Shown: piece by piece, positions 58,470-64,000 of the stretch | How the letters are laid out: the number at the start of each line of letters is the position of its first letter | How positions within the stretch are numbered: the first letter of the stretch is position 1 | Virus record (IMG/VR): IMGVR_UViG_3300013713_000001 | Coordinates: 165,110-229,109 of that record | From: a virus | Taxonomy: Duplodnaviria > Caudoviricetes | Strand: one strand, 5' to 3' | Length of the DNA stretch: 64,000 nucleotides | Made by a program: the position numbers and the translations under genes | Notes under the pieces: model-generated | Told to the model about the DNA's origin: nothing | Database searches by the model: none | Seen by the model: the letters and a program-made list of their open reading frames with translations, nothing else

Positions 58470-60047
58470 TTACTCCAGGGAGATACCGGCCAGCACCTTG
58501 ATCAGCGCGCAGTGCAGTTGCTTACGCTCGTCCACCGCGGTAAAGGCCGCTTCCTGGGTAACGTAGGTGGCTGCGATGATTGCCGCTGCCATGTTGCAAC
58601 CCAGCAGGTTCAGGAACACCGGAACGATGTCGGTCGAAAGAATGATGTTCAGGCACTCTTTCTTACGCTCGCTGATGTTGGATACACTGTCACCCGAACC
58701 TTCCAGCGCGAGCTCGTCGTCACCGGAGGTAGCGCGCTTGCTGTAGATGCTGTACAGACGCTCGATCGTTGCCCGCATCTGTTCACGGACAATGGTCCCC
58801 GTCAAGGAGCCGGTTTGACCATGGATCTGAGCCAGCGCTTCACGGGCTGCTTGGTTCGAGTCGATGAACTTGACGATGGCCATCGTAGCGCTTTCGGTGA
58901 AGACTTCCTGCGCGCGGGTGTGGATGACGTGGGAGACTTCGCCGACGTACTGGGTCATCAGCTCAGCAACACGCAGCTTGCTGTTCGCCAGGTCCTTCAG
59001 CGCAAAGCTTTGGCCCTTCACCCGAGAGAACAGGTACGCCACCACCACATCGCTGATCGAGGTTTGGCTTTCGGTGATGGCCCGCATGATTGCCGCGGTG
59101 TAGAAGACGAGGACCTTGCCTTCGACCACGTTGACCTTGACACCCAGGGCCTCGTTAGGAGTGATCTCCTTGTAACGCACTGGGGAGACGTCGGTCACCA
59201 CGATTTCACGGGGACGGTACATGACCGCGAAGTGCTTCAGGGCCATGAGGTAGCTCGAGAGACCGTTCCACATGAGACCCACGAATTCACGGTAGTCTTC
59301 CAGCGAACCATCTGCCAGCCACGGCGCAGGCTTGTCGACCATGAACATCTTCGACGCGATGACAAACATCTTCATCAGCAACGGAAGATCGACGCTTTTC
59401 ACAACGGTGAAGTTGATACCGCCGTTCCCGTTGGAGGAGAAGGTTTCACGGATCGAGTCCATGTTCGTCAACGCGTACAGTGCGGTGTAGACACTCGAGG
59501 ACTTGTCGTCGAGGACACCGACGATTTCAGGGTGCTTGCTGCCGACCCAGTCGATCACTTCGCTTTCGCTACCGATGTTGAACTTCAGGCGATTGAGCAC
59601 GTCGAGGTTGATCGAATCGAACGACAGTACCTTGTTCGAAACCTGGGCAGGGTAGATACCGAAGCTGAACATCGGGTCATCGATGTTGATGTACTTGATG
59701 TCCAGCTGCGAACGTACCGTGCGCAATACCGAGTCCATCGAGTACAGGCAACTTACCCCTTCAACAACCGCGAGTGCCATCGGGATGCCGTAGGTCTTTA
59801 CCATGTCGAACGCACCACGAACAGCTTTCGCCATTTCAGTGGTTGCGAGCTCCATGACTTCAGAGTGCGGGGTCAGGTTGGAGGTGACCTCAACCGCCTG
59901 CTCCACGAAGCCCTGGGCGGAGTAAGGGGTCACAGCATGGCTGACTTCGTTGAGACCCGCAATGATGCCGGAGGCGTTCAGCTCGACATCTTCGGGCAGG
60001 CCCTGGGCAATGAGTCTGGCCAGGATCAGATCGTCTTTACTGAGCAT
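58470..60047 (-). CDS. Conserved core protein (phiKZ gp177-like)
   Basis: 525 aa between the vRNAP beta/endolysin genes and the gp176-like gene. Confidence 0.65.
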   Translation of the reverse strand: MLSKDDLILARLIAQGLPEDVELNASGIIAGLNEVSHAVTPYSAQGFVEQAVEVTSNLTPHSEVMELATTEMAKAVRGAFDMVKTYGIPMALAVVEGVSCLYSMDSVLRTVRSQLDIKYINIDDPMFSFGIYPAQVSNKVLSFDSINLDVLNRLKFNIGSESEVIDWVGSKHPEIVGVLDDKSSSVYTALYALTNMDSIRETFSSNGNGGINFTVVKSVDLPLLMKMFVIASKMFMVDKPAPWLADGSLEDYREFVGLMWNGLSSYLMALKHFAVMYRPREIVVTDVSPVRYKEITPNEALGVKVNVVEGKVLVFYTAAIMRAITESQTSISDVVVAYLFSRVKGQSFALKDLANSKLRVAELMTQYVGEVSHVIHTRAQEVFTESATMAIVKFIDSNQAAREALAQIHGQTGSLTGTIVREQMRATIERLYSIYSKRATSGDDELALEGSGDSVSNISERKKECLNIILSTDIVPVFLNLLGCNMAAAIIAATYVTQEAAFTAVDERKQLHCALIKVLAGISLE

Positions 60048-60229
60048 TATTGTGGGTCCTTAATCAGGGAGGATTGGGCCTTGTGGTTCAACGCTTTGCT
60101 GATCTGCTCGGACTGTTCGGATTCCGGCAGCGGAGCGATGTACTCGAGACCGACCTTTTCGATGGTCTTGCGAATGAAACGGATGGCGTTCGCCAGGGTG
60201 ATGACATTGTTCGCTTGGCTAGGGGTCAT
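60047..60229 (-). CDS. Small hypothetical protein
   Basis: 60 aa with AAGGA RBS and TAATG coupling to the next gene. Confidence 0.65.
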   Translation of the reverse strand: MTPSQANNVITLANAIRFIRKTIEKVGLEYIAPLPESEQSEQISKALNHKAQSSLIKDPQ

Positions 60230-60240
60230 GGGAGACGTCC

Positions 60241-61176
60241 TTATTGGTTAAGAAGCAGGCGATTGGCGGGATCCATGCCTTTGTAATAGGTGTTGTAAAT
60301 AGTGGTGCAGATCTCACCAACGGTGATGACACCATCTTTGTCGGCATCAAAGCCCCGGTTCTGGACATAGGCTTTGGCTTCAAAGTCACCCACCAGTGCT
60401 TTGTTCTGTTCGGTGCGGTTACGGAACATGACCTGGTCCGCTTTCTTGCCTACAGCAGCCGGGTAGAAGATCGTCAGGTAGAAGTCTTCCAGTTGGGTGT
60501 ACTTCTTCCCACGGCGACCCCACATCTCGAAATACTTGAAGACCCAGTCGAGCTGCTCGAGCTGCGACATCTTCTTCAATTTCTCAAGGGTGATGTCCGT
60601 CTTGTAGAACTGCGCGAGGTCGGCTGCCGCTGCCGTCCCGAACTGGATCAACCCAAAGAAGTTAGAACCGCCGTTGTTCTGCTTGCTTGGGCTAAACGTC
60701 CCGCCCGACTCGAAGTGCATGCAGGCCATGAGCCAGCTGGCAACGATCGGTTCAAAGCCCTGACGTTTGCACCAGTCCATGATCTTCGTTCGGAACTCTT
60801 TGGAAACGTTCCGACTCCACGCCATGTCAAAGGCGGCCAACTGGTTGGCGGCTCGGTAGTGGGCTGCCATCAACTGAATCCCGGACAAGGACCCTTTACC
60901 CCACAGGCCGTCTACCGACGTCAGGTAAACACCCATGTCTTTCATGTAGAGCTGGAGCTGCTCAACGATGTTGCGACCGTCGGCTGTTGCCCTTTCTGGC
61001 ATGCTGGCCGCGGTGAAAAAACCACGACCAATGAATGTAGCGTACGCGCGCATGAGCCCGACAACACCGGAGGCCGACCCGCGGCCCCAGATGCCATCGA
61101 TATCACCGCCGTAGAGTTTCAGTTCCTTAAGGACAACTTGAATGTCCTTGAAACCGTTCTTCGTACGGAAGTCCAT
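60241..61176 (-). CDS. Modular endolysin: two peptidoglycan-binding repeats plus lysozyme-like/transglycosylase domain
   Basis: DIDGIWGRGS and SVDGLWGKGS PG_binding_1 motifs; catalytic LMACMHFES...FGLIQF. Start at ATG 61176 with GGAG RBS. Position after vRNAP beta recalls EL188. Confidence 0.88.
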   Translation of the reverse strand: MDFRTKNGFKDIQVVLKELKLYGGDIDGIWGRGSASGVVGLMRAYATFIGRGFFTAASMPERATADGRNIVEQLQLYMKDMGVYLTSVDGLWGKGSLSGIQLMAAHYRAANQLAAFDMAWSRNVSKEFRTKIMDWCKRQGFEPIVASWLMACMHFESGGTFSPSKQNNGGSNFFGLIQFGTAAAADLAQFYKTDITLEKLKKMSQLEQLDWVFKYFEMWGRRGKKYTQLEDFYLTIFYPAAVGKKADQVMFRNRTEQNKALVGDFEAKAYVQNRGFDADKDGVITVGEICTTIYNTYYKGMDPANRLLLNQ

Positions 61177-61181
61177 AACTG

Positions 61182-64000
61182 TTAACTCCAGTAAGCAGCA
61201 ATCGCTTGCTTCGTGAATTGGAAAGACCACTCGTTTACTATCAGCCGGTTGCGGAAGGAAATAACCATTCGGTTGAAGGGAGCTTTAAAGCTTGTCTTGG
61301 CATCAATCTCTTGACGGTCCTCGGTATACATCTTCTTGGTCATGACACGACCTACCGTGGCCTTCAGCTGGTTACCAAACACAAACTTGTCAGCACGGGT
61401 ACGCCCGTCTTGGGACATCACGAAGAAAATAACCAAGAGGGTATCGGGCTGTATCGTCGGACGGTTCACGTTAAAGATTCCAGACACGGCATTGGTTTCA
61501 ACATCACTGCCAATGATCTGGTTCTTACGCTTGGTCAACTTGTTCGTTTTCGTAACAAACTGACGGACCGACTCCGACATGTTTTCCAGAGCACCGTTGT
61601 ACTGGACCCGGATATCCACAACTTTACCGTGGTGAGTCGACTTTACCTGCTTAATACCCAGCTTGTTGACTTCAGCAACAAACGAGGCGTCATGGCTCCC
61701 CTCCACGAGATGCGGTTCTTCAATATCGCATAAAATCGAGTCTTGCTCGACGTCATCCCCGACCTTAACCTTCAGAATCAGATTGTCCGACGTCTTCATC
61801 GTGAAAGGACTAGGCTTGATGTACGGGATAAGGGTTTCCCCTGCCAGACGACTGCTGATGGCAATGGAGTCCTCATAGGTATCCTGGTCTTCAAACAGCC
61901 CGACCCGGACCATGATCCCGCCCTTCAACCCAACTTGTCCTGGGCAGAAGAGATCACGCATAAACCAGTTGCTGTTCCAACCCACCACGTCACCTTTACG
62001 GAACGGGTCACCCACCTTCATATCGGTCACCCGGTTGTGCTGGTGGTATTCACCACTGGCTTCACCGATGTACAGACCAAGTGGATAGCGATCAACGCTG
62101 CCATCCTCGTAGGTAATGACCAGTTCGTCAGGCTTCACTTCAGTGACTGTACCATTAGCTTTCGCCACCTTGCTGTACAGTTCAGAAGTCCGGTGTGGGA
62201 GTACGTTCTCGTACCCGGTCCGGAGAGACACAATGCCATAATTACTGGCACTGATCGCCTGGCTCCACTGTGTGGACGTAAACACGGCCCGCTTAGCATC
62301 ATCGTGACGACCGCCGTACATCAGGTTCATCGTGACCGAACCATCACCACAAGGCGTCCGTGGCTTGTTCAGGTCGATGTTCCCGCGGTAGTCGAGGATA
62401 GCAGGGTCAGAGCTAGTGTAGGTTACAAAGCCAACCTTGCCGCTGTCTTTGTTTGCCTCACTGATCTTGCCCATGTAGCTGTCGAGCTGGGTACGCGCAC
62501 GCTTAACAACAGTGATCTCGTTACGACCGCCTGTACCACCAAAGGTGACTTCCTCCTGGTCTTTGACCTGATGAACCGGACCCACTTCTTCAACCTGTTG
62601 CCCCGAGGTGTCTTCACCAATCGCGATGATGACCGCATCTGGGTTAAAGTCGAGTTTGTGACGACGAGACAAGCCCTTGTTCTTGAACTGCCGGTTGGCC
62701 TTACACAGCTCCCGGTAGAACAAGCCCGCGAAGCGTTCGTAGCCGACAAGGCGCTGTTCCTCGATCTCCACCTCGTGACGGGTGTAGTCAGTTTCCAAGG
62801 CCTTGGCTGCTTCGATCAACAGGTAGTGGAACGACTCAGGAAGCCCGTCCTTCTTCAACTGTTCCCGAGAGATGGGGTCGATGAACAGGTCGTACAAGTT
62901 CTTCATCTCGCCGAACTGCGCAGGTCGTACCCGAGGGTCGCCCATCAACGCGGTCCAGATGGAGTTGTTGTTCAAGTCCGACATGCTGAAGTTGCTGATG
63001 TTAGTCAGCTTTGGCATCCCACCAAAGATCATTGTGGTCAGCTTCTCGCGACGGCTCAGGATCAGGTACTGATCGTTGAACTTGATCGCGAACTCATCCG
63101 CCTCCAACTTAGGACGGGTTCCGATCGGAACGGTTCGAACAGTGGCCTTGATAACCTTCAGCAACTCGTCAATACCAAAGTAGTAACACAGCACCACACC
63201 GAGCGGGAACTGGTAACCACTGATGTTGATGAGGGCATGTTCCAACGGTGCCTTTGTCAGGTCAATACCCAACAGTGCTTCAACGGTCCCTTTCTCAGTG
63301 TCCCCTTGGTAGAGGTTACCATAGTCGTCGATGGTCAGGGGTTCGTCACCCGCCACCCCGATCAGGAAGCGATCCTGCTTGGTGTACTTCTTGAACGAAG
63401 GGTGCTTCTCCAACAAGCCAGCCAGGTTAAAGTCTAGGACAACCCCGTCAACCGTGATGTTCTTGTACTGCTTAGCAAGCATCGAGTAGATCCGTGGTGC
63501 CTTGTAGCTGCGGTCGAAGGTTCCTCCTTTAACAAAGGTATACTTCTTGACTTTGCTTTGCAGCGCGATCTGCTTGACCATGAACTTCTCAAGATCATCC
63601 ACCACCTTGCGGCTACGGGTAATCATGAGCTTGCGATCGTAGTACGTGGTCAGCGCAACTTCCCAAGACGAAATCTTGCGGAACACCTTTTCACGGCGTT
63701 GCAGTTGGAAGTGTTGTTTAACACTGTCGATAACAAAGTTACCGTCCTTGTCAACTTCAGGGAAGCGAGGGTGGATGGTAACCTGGTCACCGTTGACATG
63801 GTGGAACTGGATGCTGTGAACGTTGTAGGTGCCCTCAATGCTGCTGTGGGACTCGATCCGGTAGTCGTTCATGGCAAAGCCAGCGTTCTGCATGCCAAGT
63901 GCCATGGACGCAATGTCTTTGGCAAGGAACTTCTGAGCGTAACCGGTCTTCAGCGCAGTGGCCCGGCTGTTAAGCATGGACTCATCGATAACCGTGGTCA
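61182..64000 (-). CDS. Virion RNA polymerase beta-like subunit (phiKZ gp178-like); 5' truncated by window edge
   Basis: Frame is open to the window edge. GGTGGR, SEANKDSGKVG, HDDAKRAVFTSTQ, LRTGYE, TYEDSIAIS and ADKFVFGNQLKATV are beta-subunit motifs. Confidence 0.9.
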   Translation of the reverse strand, partial: TTVIDESMLNSRATALKTGYAQKFLAKDIASMALGMQNAGFAMNDYRIESHSSIEGTYNVHSIQFHHVNGDQVTIHPRFPEVDKDGNFVIDSVKQHFQLQRREKVFRKISSWEVALTTYYDRKLMITRSRKVVDDLEKFMVKQIALQSKVKKYTFVKGGTFDRSYKAPRIYSMLAKQYKNITVDGVVLDFNLAGLLEKHPSFKKYTKQDRFLIGVAGDEPLTIDDYGNLYQGDTEKGTVEALLGIDLTKAPLEHALINISGYQFPLGVVLCYYFGIDELLKVIKATVRTVPIGTRPKLEADEFAIKFNDQYLILSRREKLTTMIFGGMPKLTNISNFSMSDLNNNSIWTALMGDPRVRPAQFGEMKNLYDLFIDPISREQLKKDGLPESFHYLLIEAAKALETDYTRHEVEIEEQRLVGYERFAGLFYRELCKANRQFKNKGLSRRHKLDFNPDAVIIAIGEDTSGQQVEEVGPVHQVKDQEEVTFGGTGGRNEITVVKRARTQLDSYMGKISEANKDSGKVGFVTYTSSDPAILDYRGNIDLNKPRTPCGDGSVTMNLMYGGRHDDAKRAVFTSTQWSQAISASNYGIVSLRTGYENVLPHRTSELYSKVAKANGTVTEVKPDELVITYEDGSVDRYPLGLYIGEASGEYHQHNRVTDMKVGDPFRKGDVVGWNSNWFMRDLFCPGQVGLKGGIMVRVGLFEDQDTYEDSIAISSRLAGETLIPYIKPSPFTMKTSDNLILKVKVGDDVEQDSILCDIEEPHLVEGSHDASFVAEVNKLGIKQVKSTHHGKVVDIRVQYNGALENMSESVRQFVTKTNKLTKRKNQIIGSDVETNAVSGIFNVNRPTIQPDTLLVIFFVMSQDGRTRADKFVFGNQLKATVGRVMTKKMYTEDRQEIDAKTSFKAPFNRMVISFRNRLIVNEWSFQFTKQAIAAYWS

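Noticed and set aside
60047-60229. 60-aa gene after the endolysin as a holin or spanin
   Set aside because: No transmembrane segment or lipobox.
25302-63437. Other long antisense ORFs (25302-26858, 30247-31191, 42190-43848, 58512-60251, 60244-61185, 61743-63437)
   Set aside because: All mirror well-supported genes codon for codon and have no recognisable domains.

Overview
This window is part of a nucleus-forming jumbo phage genome (Chimalliviridae, phiKZ-related). Gene order looks closer to the EL/OBP branch than to phiKZ itself. Family calls come from motif recognition and remembered synteny; no database search was run. Left to right: the 3' end of a virion RNAP beta'-C gene and a free-standing HNH endonuclease. 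Then the minus-strand core block: SF2 helicase, three non-virion RNAP beta/beta' subunits plus the gp68-like subunit, PicA/Imp1-like import factor, SbcD-like nuclease, chimallin, family B DNA polymerase and PhuZ tubulin. Then a coupled five-gene operon with three proteasome-beta/HslV-like Ntn-hydrolase paralogs, and a structural block (intein-containing large terminase, gp26-28-like proteins, tail sheath and tube). The right end holds accessory genes (dTMP kinase, NUDIX-like, a secreted protein), the prohead protease, an endolysin and the 3' part of a virion RNAP beta gene. Eight copies of a phiKZ-type early promoter and about 20 intergenic hairpins are visible. Most notable: (1) the early operon with three Thr1 Ntn-hydrolase paralogs, a candidate hetero-oligomeric phage proteasome-like system; (2) a C-terminal GFGNxxxWG* motif shared by chimallin and the PicA-adjacent protein, which also has a long Gly/Met/Gln low-complexity tail, suggesting a shell-docked import/pore component; (3) a Pro1 class 3 intein in the terminase Walker A; (4) several structured non-coding segments. 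No tRNA, rRNA or CRISPR array was recognised.
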